From positions 930,001 through 994,000 of the forward strand of contig JBHGNT010000007.1 of NCBI GenBank assembly GCA_043228905.1: a DNA stretch of 64,000 nucleotides, in the 5' to 3' direction. Of the stretch, positions 21,753 to 35,339 are shown piece after piece. The translations under genes were made by a program, and so were the position numbers. The DNA comes from Azolla caroliniana (lineage: Eukaryota; Plantae; Polypodiophyta). Under the pieces are notes generated by a model that was given only the letters and a program-made list of their open reading frames with translations, was not told the origin of the DNA and did not search any database. Position 1 is the first letter of the stretch. Every line of letters begins with the position of its first letter.

Positions 21753-24700
21753 TCAAGTTTTCTTAAAATGATACATTGAAGCACGAAGTTCATGAATCTG
21801 CTTCTCCATATCCCATATCAAATGCTCGAGATACAAACCGAAAGCTGCACAACTGTTGATAAACAATTCAAGTTACCCTTGTAGTATCAAAACATCCAAA
21901 TTTGTTTCTGTATGTATGCATAAATAAATAAAAACACCATTAATTTGTTTTAAAGAAAAGTAGTACAGAATTCCTTAGTCACAGCTCCTTTTGTAGATAT
22001 TGATAGAATTTGAGAACAATCTCTGGTTCTTTGCTATATGGAAACAACATCAACCTTGATGTATCAGTCCTATTTCTTGCGATCAGATTCTAATGATGAA
22101 TTATTTCCATCCAAAATAAAAGTGAACCTATTATTTATTAGGACATTTGGCAAGAAAAAAGAGTTGCCATGTAGCAAAGAAACACTTCAATCTCAATCAT
22201 GTTCTTCTCAGAAATTTTTCAGTAACCTGGAGTGATTAATAGGAGTGGTAACACTAATTTTACATTGGATAGATCTGAAAGGAGAAAAACATAAATTTAA
22301 TAAATTCTTTGAGTTAGATGTATGGATGACATAGATTGATACCAATTTATAATCAACACAAACATCTATTCCAGATGAAATATTGGTTGGGTTTACGAAA
22401 AAAAAAGAAATATCGGTTAGGTGGCTGGGCAAGAAGTCAGGAATCCACTGGTGTACAAGTATTGCAGCTGAAGAACGGTTATTATCATGGAAAGAAAACA
22501 TAGAACGTGAAAGTTTTGTATGTCAAAAAGATGAATGTAGGGATGTCCAGTCAAATGCACATGGATGGCTCAATACAATCAGGAGAGTAATGTTAAGTAC
22601 CTTAAATCAATTTTGAAGCGTTTTCATTTTTATGCTTTAAGTTATACAGGGAACAAAAAATGAGCAATTGAGTAATTACCTGAATACCCCTCCGTAGTAT
22701 TAAATGTAGGGAGCATTCAGAAAGTTTTTCAAAGCTAGGGGTATTCTGGTAAATGTGGAAAACGTTTGGGGTATTTTAGTGTTTTCCCCTAAATTAATTC
22801 ATAAACATTATACCTTGAAGGTCCTAAAGGTAGCCAAAGCAACTCCCAATGCATCTTTGATAAGCTAAAGAGGAAAGAAAAAAGGTCAGTTGCTCGTCCA
22901 AAATTTTAACATTTCGTTTTCAAAGAGAAATATACCTTTGCATGTGGTATAGCCAGAACATTGCCAAGGCAAGTCCTGCTGTAAGTGAACCTTGTAGTAA
23001 GCTGGGATGGATTATTTCAGAAAATAATATACGCCCTGCAACAAAGGCGTAGATAGCTGCTCCAACCACGTCTATGCAAATCAAAAGCCCACTAAAGCTC
23101 AAGGAATATTATAATTTCTAGATGGAATTACACAAGAATTATCAATGGAACAATTTTGTTTTACTACTAGATAGAAATTACAATGTTATAAAACACAGGC
23201 ATAGATAGCTGCTTCACAAAAATCTATGCAAAACAAAAGCACCGAAGGTCAAGAAAAAATATTCTATCGATGGGTTAAAGATGAATCAGTAGTGGAACTA
23301 TTCTGTTTTACCATTATCCTATGATAAAATGATGCATACAAAAGTAGCAACATGATTGCCTCTCCTCTCCTAACATAATGTGGAGGATTTGAAAACCAAC
23401 AAGCATAATGTCTATGAAAGCAACAACAGGTGCAGCAAATGGTTTGATAATACCAATGCAGATCGGGGAAAAAAAACCGTACCACCCAGCATATTTTTTT
23501 CTTAAAGATGTTTCGAACTTTGGATATTAAATATACCATTTTCCCCTCTTCGGAATTTACATCCTAATTTACAAAACTATGTTGTAAGAAATACTTGTAA
23601 TCCTATTTTAACAATTTTAATCAGAAATATGTACTCATTTTCTGGGTATTGTTCTTCAACCCAACTATAAATCAAATCAGGTCTGCAAAGAATTTGACCT
23701 GCAATAACCACCGACATACTGCTCATATCATCCATGAAATATGCATGGTACTTCTGCATATGCACATACAATTACCACAGTAAATAAAAAGGAAAGACCT
23801 TCCAAAGTATATAGAATAGTGACAGCATTCTTGCAGAAAAAGAAACTTACCATTTCCCATGGGAAGATGGTTTGTGAAACAGCTGAAAACAGAAGGAAGA
23901 GGCTAAAGGTACATATCATTATTCCGAATATCACCTAGAGAAGAAGCATTTGTAGCAGAATGTGTGTTACAGAACATTTATGTCCAATGTGAGGTTTTGT
24001 TGAGAATGATTCCAAACGTCACATTATAGAATATGTGAAGAATGAGTGTAAATGAGAACACAAGGTTAGCAAAAGGACGACAAAAGTGAAGAAACTGAAA
24101 TTAAAAAAATAAAATTTAAGAAAAGCATCTGACCTTCAGACATTACAAATATAGGTCAAACATGATTATTTATGCAAATATGATTTAATTGCAGATTTGG
24201 CCGGCTACTTGTGGAGTTCTTAGTATTGAAAAAAGTGTAACAAAATTCTTTCTTGTTTTTCTGACTATTTTTGTGCTATGATGAAAAGTGAGGCAGTAGA
24301 AAACTCTACATAGCATAATCTTGCATACAGTCATAAACATAAATTTAGAGTGTCAATCCACACTTGCATGGCATTAGATCTCAAAAAGAGTCACTATATG
24401 GCATGAAGCTTCATCAACAGTTTCACACATACCAACTGGAGTGTTAAACTCTTGAAAAACTAGTAATTAATTTTGCAATTTTAAATTTTGAGAAGACAAT
24501 TTCAAATGCAGATGTGTTGAACCCTTTTGTTTGAGGATTAAGGATATGATTTGTTGCACTATATACATACTTTTCCTTTAACCAAGGACAATAATAAAGT
24601 ATTAGCTAAAAGTTTTTTTCTTTCAGTAAATTAATAGATAAATATTTGCAAGTATGTCCCACCCTCCACATAAAGCTCTGTCTGGAATGACTGGTTTCTA

Positions 24701-26996
24701 ACGAAAGTACAACCTTCTCCTGCTCTACAGCATCCAAATATAAACTAGTGAGCATATAATCATCAAACATATGGTAGATTCAAAAAACGCATCCATATCC
24801 ACTACTTGATAATATGAAACTAATTTCACTTCACTAGATGCTGATTAATACCTTAATTGATGAAGTATTTAAAAACCTATAAGGGAAATACAAAAATTAA
24901 ATTGGTAGATTAAAAAATCCATATTTTATAATAAAAAACACAATTTATCCACTACTATATCCTTTCATTTAGTCAACACAACAGTATTCAAACTTTGCCT
25001 CTGAAAACCAACAAATCAACCTATTGTGAAAACAAAAATTAATGTGCCACTGGGCATCCTTCCAACTAAGAGCATGCAGCATGCTTACACATTAGGGGTC
25101 ACTACAGCCTTTCATATTGGCAACAGCCTTCCAGATGTCTCGCTCTTCTAGGGGAACTTCCGCCAAAAAAAGACACCCATAAATTGCAGTTAACTCATTA
25201 AAGCAGCTAGGCAGAGAAAGCGATACACTGTCTTGTTATGCACAATTGAGTGACTGGCTGAAACTTCACAGCATGGAAATTGATTATCTCCTACAGCCTT
25301 GAGCACCCTTTCTTGATTTAACCACACAGAACTCAAACATGGAACAGGCTTGGATGATCCCACCATTCCCCATAGGCATAAGGATAGAACATTACGACAA
25401 TAGTTTCCTACACATATCATCAGATGAATTTGCCATCCATCCCACCTGAATGGATACACATGCCTCACATGGAATAGGTCGCAGAATTTGGACAGATCTA
25501 CACATCATCACACCTACTGCAGAGACAGACAAGGAGATATCAAGGCCCGGAACCAGATGACAACTTCTGCTAGTTATGCTCTCTAGAGGTTGAAACAGAG
25601 GAGTAACATGTATGCTGTTGCCAGTATTCCATTAAATCAGAGGAAGATACCAATAGTTCTTTCAGGAATGCTTTGAACTCTTCCAAAATTCTATGGACTT
25701 TGAGGGCCATATATTCCTGGAACTCTTCCAAAATTTTATGGACTTTGAGGGGCATATATTCCTGGAACTCTTCTTGCTCTAACAACAATGTTCCTAGAAG
25801 AAACTCTTGAGAAGAAATGGAATACCCCTTCCAGGAAACAATCCAACTCAAACAACCAGGGAACCATCACAAAACTTCTCCATAGCCAAAGCTCCACCCG
25901 TGGAAAGAGCTATAGGACTCTGTTGCATGAAATGGCCAAGACCTCCAGATTTCATTCACAGCGTCACATCTGACCCATTTTTATCCATCATTGCCCAGCA
26001 TAGGAGTCATGGGCCACATTGTTCTGACGCTTTTTATCTAGAATATCCAATGAGGGGCATACTGAGGATATAATATCAACTGCAGAAAAGATTACCTTTG
26101 CTTTCTTAGACTATGCATCTCCCTTACTTTCTACTTTCTTCTATTGTTTCTTGCTGCCATTCTGCTAGGTGCACGTTCTATTTTCTCTTTTCTATCCTTG
26201 ATATCCTTCGATCTTGGCAACTTTCCTATATAGAGTCTGGGCAATGATCAATATCTTTTGGGCACATGTCTGAAATGGTCTTTGATTTGGTTTCTTGTAC
26301 TCACATGCTCTTTCTTTTGTTTTATACGACCTTATCATGAGTATTGTTATGAAGGAGAGCTTAGGCCTAAATTTCACTGCATGAAGTGTAGATACATTAC
26401 ATTACAAGGCATCATCTCCTCCTAAAGGAAAAATATTCTTCCTTTAACTTTTTCAAAGATCACACAATGGGACATTGATTCCTCTGTTGCATGTTAGGAG
26501 ATGTTTTGTTCAACATGTTAGAAAAAACATCACCATGCTTTGTTTCGTGGATCACATTGAACTAAAACAACTTCAACATGAGCTCCATTTCCATAACTAT
26601 CACATTAACTTGGCAAATATGTACGCAGCCATTCCAGGCCTTCTAAACATGACGTTTTTGTGCCGTGGTTTTTCTAGCCAAAAGCCAATAGGCGGTTTTC
26701 AACTTGAACAAGTTGGTTTTTACCTCTACTAAAAATAGTTTTTTGCTGGTTTTTTCTCTCTACAAAAATAATGTAAGAAAAAGAAAAAATCATTTGCCCT
26801 TTCATTGCCTCCATACTCTTCCAACAAAGAGGTAAAACATGTTTTAGGGTGTTTCTTGTGGCAGTGACAGAGCAGATATGTAAAATTGGAGCGAGATAGG
26901 GTTGGTTATTCATGGACCTGCTATGTCGAGAAACTCTGTGGTGTCGGAGATTGGAAGGGGAGCATCAGACTCTTTCCGTCTCCACAGCTGCTTCAT
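21753..26996 (-). CDS. Conserved plant small multi-pass membrane protein of unknown function, 7 exons, 188 aa
   Basis: GT-AG exons with consistent phases: 26996-26918, 24724-24663, 23934-23851, 23753-23699, 23071-22936, 22864-22814, 21852-21753 (567 nt). Product MKQLWRRKESDAPLPISDTTEFLDIAEQEKVVLSLETSHSRQSFMWRVIFGIMICTFSLFLLFSAVSQTIFPWEMKYHAYFMDDM..FWLYHMQSLSKMHWELLWLPLGPSS..IHELRASMYHFKKT*. Confidence 0.85.
25675..25771. repeat. 45-bp tandem repeat (~2.2 copies) in intron 1 of the membrane-protein gene
   Basis: gaactcttccaaaatt(c/t)tatggactttgaggg(c/g)catatattcctg x2 followed by gaactcttc. Confidence 0.85.
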
Positions 26997-28843
26997 CTTC
27001 TTATTCCACTGGATTGACAATTGAGAACAAAAACAGAGTAGACCAGATCCTCTGTTTTTTTTTCTCATTCAGTGTTTGAAAAACAAAAGAATCACAACAG
27101 ACTTACAATTGTGTCCCAAACAAATCGCAAGAACTACAAATTTGACTTGTTACTCTTAAAAGGGTTTATGTATCTTCAGTCTTTCCTTATATAGATAGCT
27201 CTCTTTCTGGTTTTGGCACCCTTTATCAGCCCTTTCCTTCATTTGGCTCTTGTGAAGTTCTTTTGAACCTTCAAGAAGCTCATAATTTTTAACGCCACAC
27301 GATTTGTGGAAAGGATGGAATGGTGCAATTTCAACTTCTATCATGCAAAGAAGGCAATATCCATCATCCTCTTGCCAAGAACTGTGAATCAAGCAAAGCT
27401 CAAATGATTTTCTTTTCGGTTTCAAGCAGCAAACTTCATGAATAATTGGGAGTGTGTCATGTTTTGACACCTAATTCACTTGACCTTTTCTCTTAGCGTG
27501 AAAAGATTGTATTCATTTTAATTATAGAGATGATTCATGATTGGTCTTCTCTTTTTTACCCAAATCTCATTTGTGTTAATTCATGATTAATAGTACAATC
27601 GCAAACAAGAGGTAGTACATCACATTCGACTTTGTAATGTCTGAGCAAGAGGCAATCTATTGTTCATAATAGGCTACTTCCAAAAGTAAAAAGAAACAAA
27701 TTTATCATTTTGTACTTCTAATTAATAAGGTTTCCATTTTTTAGTGGTGGGACTTTCTATGCTCCTCTACTAGTAGTTGGAAGCATGATTTATCACTCTT
27801 ACAAAGAAGCAATGCATCACATTTTACATTTGCAATCGATATCTTATCTTACGTTGGTGCATTGTCTAGCAAATGTTTCATTAAAATGTTGACTGAATTT
27901 CAATGATGACAATCGCAAACTTTTTTAAAGGAAACAACATATCATATGATCATAATCCAATTAAACATTGCATAAGTGGATGCCCCTAATTGTTGAACAA
28001 CTCAATACAATAATCTGATTCATTTCCTTCTGTTGTCCCTACGTTCCAATAAATAATGTAAACACATACAAACATTGCTTTTTTACATTCACAGAAATCT
28101 AAATCTCTTATCATTCAATATTAACAAGCTCATGTTACCAAAACTGATCAAGATTTAATGCAACAACTTTGCTCTCTAAATTTTGTACAATCAAAAACCA
28201 AATTCTACTACTACAAAATCTGCCATTCACAACATTCAAAAGGAAAATAATATAGAACTAAGCAAGGAATTAGAAATTTGTGGTAACAAAATAAAACATC
28301 AACAATTCTTCAATAATTTTTCTATGGGCATTACTTCTGAAGTATGTATTTTACTTACGATTTTACCCCAATTATATGTATTGTACTTTCAGTTTTACCC
28401 CAATTATAAAACCACAGATTACAATCACATGATACGTCCATGGTGGCTTTCACACAATGTAGTACTATTCTGTTACCTTGTCATATAGCACAAATACAAT
28501 CGAGGTTCGATGTAAAGGAGAGATTTAAGGCACACGTAAATTAGAGAGACAATCTTCAATAAACTTTCAGACTGTTCACAAACCCGACTGGCTGTATTAA
28601 GTCTACTTATCAATACATCCACCTAAGTACTTTTGAGATTCCAGAGCTACAGAGAATGTTATAGTGTCAAAACAGAAGGATAAGTAAATGTGAGAAGAAT
28701 GCCATAAACTCTACAACACAAGTTTGTTGTTAACAGGATCTGGACCTTGCCAGGTAGATATTTCCTTACATTCTTTCAATATTTGACGTAAAAGCCTGAA
28801 TATGAAACAAAACAAGCTTCAGTCTATCACAAACACCACAACT

Positions 28844-31800
28844 CTATTTTTTAGCATACGTGATTTGCATAGGGTTTTGTGGTGTGATCTTGAAGTTCTG
28901 AAGAGCTTGCAGTGAAGTTGTTGCTTGCATCTCATCTCCATACTCCACAAAAGCAATACCTGGTTTCGCTTCAATCATTCGAACTTCTTTAAACCCTGGA
29001 AATTGTTGGAATAACATTTGCAACATCATAGAGTTGGCTTCATGGGGCAGATTTTGCACAAAAAGTATACTGTTCGGAAGGGCCGGTGCATCAGGAACAA
29101 CAGGCTTCGGTGCTTGAAATTGAGGTGGTACCTGTACATACCACATTCATTTTAAGGTTAAGGATATAGCTCAGGAAATGAAACATAATGATAGTGAAAA
29201 GATCATGAAATATGACCAAAAGCCCAATTTGACAATGATGAACTCCAAAAAAGAACTATATTAATGATGAATAGCTCAGAAATAACAAAAAACAAATATC
29301 ACAGGTTATGACCAATATAATGAAAATAAAATAGCTCCAAGATGAGCAATAGCTAAGAAAATGACCAAAACACTTTCAACAACTTCCACTCTAAATGCAC
29401 TTACCGCAGCACCGTATTGTGATGCAACATGAGGCTCTCCATGAGTATCCTTGCGTCGTTTCTCAGCTGAACAAAAAACAACATACCACAGAAACTTAAC
29501 ATACAAAAAGAATATCGCAGTACAGGTCTTCAACACTAGACTCTACGAATTTACATACTTTTTTCTTCTTGCTTCTTTCTCTTCTCCTTGGGCACAAAGG
29601 TCCCATCTGCTTTCGCTATGGCATCCGACTTTGTTTTTGCATATTGTATTCTCTGGTAATAGTACAAAAAATTATATAGTGAAGCACATTAATAGAGACA
29701 ACAAAGAACAGAAATTCATATCTCATTAATCAAAGAGATGCACAGCCCTCCACTTTTATGAAACGTCTTGTGTACAATCCCACCATTGAATCGCAGAATT
29801 TTAGGTCAATTCAACAAAGAATAACTTTAATAATCATAATTAGATCAAAAAGGTAGCCTATTTATTTAATAAACAAAATGAACGATGTTATTACATGAGA
29901 GATGAATGCATCTTTCTGATAATAAATAAGATGGCTCATATTAAGTATGTTCTAAAAAGTGTGAATGTGGCATTTTAACATATGTAATATAAATATAAAG
30001 CTCCGAAGTAAACAGTGATGATGTATTTCAGGGAAACGGAAAATATTATCCTAGTAAATCAACAGCACGATGATGTATTTCAGGTGGCCTGCATGTTTCA
30101 AGCCACAGATAAAATACAAGGTGCAAATTTTGAAAAGAAAAACGAATTTAAAATTTTATAGAACAAAACCCAGTTTTTTTGCAACTCTCATATTCTCCTC
30201 TGCACATCCTTCTTTAGTGCTGCTTCCTCTTTATTTTGCAATACACAGATGAAATGTCTTCAAATGTTTAAAATGCTTCAGAATGACATTGAAGAGCACA
30301 CAATAAAAAGGTAAAAAACAAAACCAAAATGAGTATTTGATTAATCTTTTTCTCGAAAAAGATCATGTGACTCTTCTTTCTCATTGCGCCCACTTCTTCC
30401 TTGTTGATTCCCCTTCTCCTTTATGTTGATTTTGCTTCATTCCTCATCCTATTGCGCCTCTCTTCCTGGTCCTCCTCCCTATCTCCTTGATCCTCCTCTT
30501 CCTCTTCCTCTTTCCTCACGCTTCTCCTCCTTCCTAAATCCTCTCTTGTTATGTCTCCTATTACTTTTCTTGCTCCTCATTGCCTGATCCTCGCTCACTT
30601 CTTTCATGAATCCTTCCACCGTTAAATTACCATTTCACCTCTCTTTGTTGATTCTCCAAATGTTGTTGCATATTCTTTTTTCAGTTGTAGCCTCTTAATT
30701 ATAATGCATGACAAATGTAGCTTTACTTTTACACTATTTGATGGATCTAGAAGACATACAAGATTCACATTGTTATTCTCCAAGTGTTGTTGCACATCAT
30801 CACTTTAGTTGGAAATTCATAGTCATAAAGGATGAAAATTTTCTTTTGTGTTTCCACAATGTGATGGATGTAGGCCAGCCAAATTATTAGAATAACACAG
30901 TTGATGGCAGCCAGACAAGACACAATAAAATCTGATGATTCAATCTCTTGTATATGTCTGGGCATTGCTAAATATGCACACTTCGAGCTATTTTCAGACT
31001 TTATTATGATGAAATTTGGCATGTAAGCCCAAAAAGAATGAAGAGAAGTGCTGATCATTGGAAATATGAATGCAAGTATTGCATATATTCATGAAAAAAT
31101 GGCAGATATCTCAAATGATCCATATGACAAGCATGATTTCGTAGAAATAGATCCCAAATGAGAACACTACTCAAGTGACTGCACTATTAGAGCACAAGCA
31201 CCGCTTGTGACAAATATGAACTCTACACACCTTGTAGCTCTCAATGAAATAGAAACTTTCCCTGCCTTAAATAATTGTTGGCAAGCAAGGGGGCTAGTGT
31301 CATCAACTATGTGCTAGTCAAACTTGATGTCCTAAATTTAATACACAATGTTGAAGTTCAAAATAGATCCTTAAATTCAGATCATGCACCTATATAAGCA
31401 AGGGTAAAGCTGCCACAACATGTGGAAGCCAAAACAATGAATGAAAGAAAAAGGCCCCAAATTTGCCTTTGCAAGGGAAATTGGTGGGATTTTTCTTTCA
31501 GCCAGCTAGGTCCAAGAAATCCGGAAATGGTTTGGAAGATGGCATATTGAAGAACATCTGGATGTGCACATAGATCAAAAGATAAGGACAGGTTCCACTT
31601 TGGAAACCCTCCACACAAAATAGAATGGAGAACAACGCCACATAGATCTCAGTACGAGTATCATTGCAGTGGCATTAATACCCAATATTGGGAAAATCGC
31701 AAGGGTAGTAGTTAATGGCCAAGCTCACATCCAAACATCCATGTCCAAGAAGGCAAGATGTGCCATCACATTTGAAAATAGAAGATGATATTATGCAACA

Positions 31801-33275
31801 AAAAAAAAAAATTACAGCCTACATCCTTCATAATATACCAGAAATGAAAGAACATGTTACTTTGGAGCGCCTTGCATGTCAGGACATTAAGCATGATTTC
31901 AAAACCGTACCAGCATTTAAGACATCATACAAGGACAGAATCATACAACAACACTAGGCATGCTCTTTCCTCATCTATTTGACCACAGAACCAAAATCAT
32001 GGAATATCAAAACAATGAAATTTGGGGACTGGTTTCGATTTCCATTCCATTTCAGCTTTTACATTTTTTCCTTCTATTATTTTGAAATTCCTCGCCTATG
32101 ACTGGGGAGAGTGCATTGTAACAATTTTGGTCACAAGGGTAATTTGTGGCCCCATGAACATTAATATTTCAGAATTATTTCCCTTACTCTCTCTAATTGA
32201 ATATCATACCATGGACTTGTCATAGAAAGGGAAATCTTGCATCTGCCTCAATGCATTTGTTGCCGAAGTGACATCTTCAAACACTACCCAAGCTTGTCCA
32301 CGAAGCTTCAATGTTTTGCAAGCAATAATGTCTACAATCTTCCCAAACTGCGAGAAAACTGCGTACAGTGATTTCTTCAATTCTGCAAAATCCGGTAAAG
32401 AACACATAAGTTCATGAAAGAACCAAAAAAGAAGAAATAATGAGCTCCAAATAAAAACCCCCAATCTGGCAAAAAAGAAATCAATCAAGTTCAGAGAGAA
32501 ACCCCCAGGAAAATAACTTCTTTGTTGTTCAGAAACTAAAATCTAAATACTCCAAAAAGAAACCTTTGATCTAGAGAGAGAAAAAACGATAACTTTCTTC
32601 TTGACCGAAAACTAAAATTTGAATAAACCTTATAGGTCCAAGTAAATGCAACAAAAAAGCTCAAGGAAAGACCATGTTCATACCCTCCTTCATCAGAAAC
32701 ATGAGTGTGAACAAACCCTATGTTTAAGGAAAAGTGAAAAATAAAAACACGCAATAGAAAGATTGTGAGTATACTGTCCATCTTCATAGAAATGAAAACC
32801 CTGAAAATGCACTAGGTTTCGAAAAAAATCTGTATGAATACCTTCCTTCTTGGTCAAAAACAAGGCTCTATATCATAAGAAAAAAGAAAAATTGCATACA
32901 TCGCCTTCTTCATTTGGAAACTATCCCCCCCTTTCCTAAAATATATTGAGGCAAAAAAAGCAAAAAGAGCAAACAAAAGAGTGTGCATGCCTCATTGCTA
33001 GGTCAAAATAAAAAACAGAACTCCAAAAGGGTAATAAAACCCTAGAAAAACAAAAGATAGAAAAGGAGCGAACTTAAAGAGGGGCGTGCATACCTTCTTG
33101 CTTGCTCAAAAAGAAGAAGCTCAGAGAGTAATAAAACCCTAGAACATCAAAAATGCAAGAGGCAAAAAGAGCGACGAGGAGAGGGTGGGTGTGAATGGAT
33201 ACCTTCTTTCTTAATCTTCTCGTTGAGATTGTTGATGTAGATGGTCTGATTCGGAGGAACATCTGCCTGCATCAT
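28844..33275 (-). CDS. U2B'': U2 snRNP B'' / U1A (SNF family) spliceosomal protein with two RRMs, 5 exons, 229 aa
   Basis: Exons 33275-33203, 32382-32210, 29652-29559, 29466-29405, 29131-28844 (690 nt, phases consistent). Product [97 protein letters not shown]. Confidence 0.93.
30700..31420 (+). mobile_element. Degenerate LINE APE-endonuclease remnant in intron 2 of the snRNP gene
   Basis: Residual motifs in the expected order: VLIIGNMNA (GDFNA), SVINYVLV (IDY), SDHAPI. Confidence 0.6.
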
Positions 33276-34849
33276 CTTTATCCTTTCTCTTCCTGTGTCT
33301 TTCGCTTCCTTCCTTCCTTCCTTCTTCTTCTTCTTCTTCTTCTGCTGCTGCTCTTCTTCTCACAGAGTCTTCTTCTGCTGCTGCTACTGCTTCCTGCAGA
33401 AGAATTACTCTGTTTTTATATTTTCCAATGTTTAGGGGGGCACTTTTATAAATATGTGGAACTATCAAATATTTAGATAAATTCATTTGGATTATTGTCA
33501 TTAGGGTCTTAAGAAGCTTTTCACTCTTCATGCCACAAACAAGGTTTTTAATGAAGAAAAAAACCTTCAATTTCTAAGCCCCTCCCCCATTTAAATATTA
33601 TATAAACACGAGTTTAAGAGTGTACAAAGGTGTCCTTTTGGCGTCTACGAAAGACTGATTGTGATCTATGAGATGGGGGGGGAGCTCACCATTGTGAGGA
33701 TCGAACTTGGGTTCTCTCAATTCTGCGGCTTTGATGTAGCGTGGAAGGAGAAAACATAAGTGTTTGATTCCCAATTTTGTCATTTATGATCTCATTCTTT
33801 CCCTGTTCCATTTGAATAAGTGAGGATAAATTGCCAAAATATGCTTGATGCATCAAAATTTCGGGAAAAATTATGCCCAATAATCTATGAAAGTACCAAG
33901 GGTCAACACTCATATATACAATCATCAAGCAAGATGTTATGTTAATTACAATATTTCATTGTTGTACCTAGAAAGTGGATGGTTGTCTTAATTTGTCAAA
34001 TACTCAATTTGTCACTTAAGTTTCGAATTAGAATTTGAGCATATACTAATTAATATCATTGTAAACTTACATTAGTCATTACCAATCTTATTGAAAAGTG
34101 GGATTGCATTGTTTAGGAAAACTATAAATGAAATATATAGTTTGTTAATCTTAATGAGGAATGGCGATAAGGGACCTTGGTCATTTACCACATATGCAAT
34201 TGATTTCAGGCCCGTCTTTGCTAAGAAATAAGCTTTCCTAGGCTCTTGTTCAGCTAGTGACTATGGGAATATAGCACTCCAATGTATGCTTTCAAGGCGT
34301 AAAGAGTTCCCTGATTCTAAATTCCTACCTCACTATTTTATGTGGTGCAATACTTCCTTCCAGTGCTTTAGAAGCTTTGAGCTAAATGGACAACCTTTGA
34401 TGTGCCCGTCAAGCTTTCCAAACACTACATCCCAATGGTTAGTATCCCATGAGCCAAATCACTTGGTTTTCAAATGATCAAACATATCATATAGCATTCT
34501 CGCCCAAGGCAATGTTTTTTCAACAAATTTTGGCAATAAAGTAGCTTTTCTAGCCAACATATGCAAATGCAAATTAAGAATACTTAGCCCTCCACTCAAT
34601 CGTGGAGTGTGTGTCTTCTCTAGTGATAGGAGTCGTATACCTCTATGCGACTACTTAGAGCACCAAAAGTTGCTTATGATTTCTTCGTTAATCTTTTGTA
34701 TCATGTGTTTCGGCCAATCAATCATAATTAAGTAATACGGCATGGAGTGGCCATGTTGCAATCTTCCAATAGCTTAGCTTTTGTCTCACTTTTTGCAAAG
34801 CCCATTCGGCCTTTCTTTTCCCTGTTGCATTCCATCCCAATGGATAGCC

Positions 34850-34933
34850 TGTTGCAGACGAGGTCGTCTATGCGGAAGATCAAGAAGCATTCGATTAGTG
34901 CTGAATACCTGCGTATGACAGTTTCTAGTCGTT

Positions 34934-34979
<46 letters not shown>

Positions 34980-35146
34980 AAAAGACTTCTTATTCCACAA
35001 AGCAATAATACAACACCCAACCTTGCAAAAAGGTTACAAGGTCAATATATATAGTGACCGACTTAGGGCAACTACCATTTATGCTAATTACACAAATGGC
35101 CCAAAGGGATAGTGTGAATACGTCCATTATACACTTGTATTCGACA
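34850..35146 (-). repeat. Copia 3' LTR (297 bp)
   Basis: Direct repeat of 40057-40363, adjacent to the PPT. Confidence 0.96.
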
Positions 35147-35339
35147 CTCCCCCGTAATGGGCGTATACATGGGTTATCTAAGATTACAGGTATAGACTTA
35201 GGTTCTCGGACATATCAGCTTTGTTCGAGTCGGCAGGGTCCGAAGGCAGAAGACCGAACTGGTCAGGTCGGAACAGTTGAAGCCGATCATTAAGGAAATG
35301 ATGTCGGTTGTCGGGAACCATCCTGCTCTGTGTCCGGCT

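Noticed and set aside
33211-33570. 119-aa ORF with poly-E/A overlapping the snRNP 5' end
   Set aside because: It is a translation of (GAA)n/(GCA)n repeats in the 5' UTR/promoter, in a different frame from the real exon 1.
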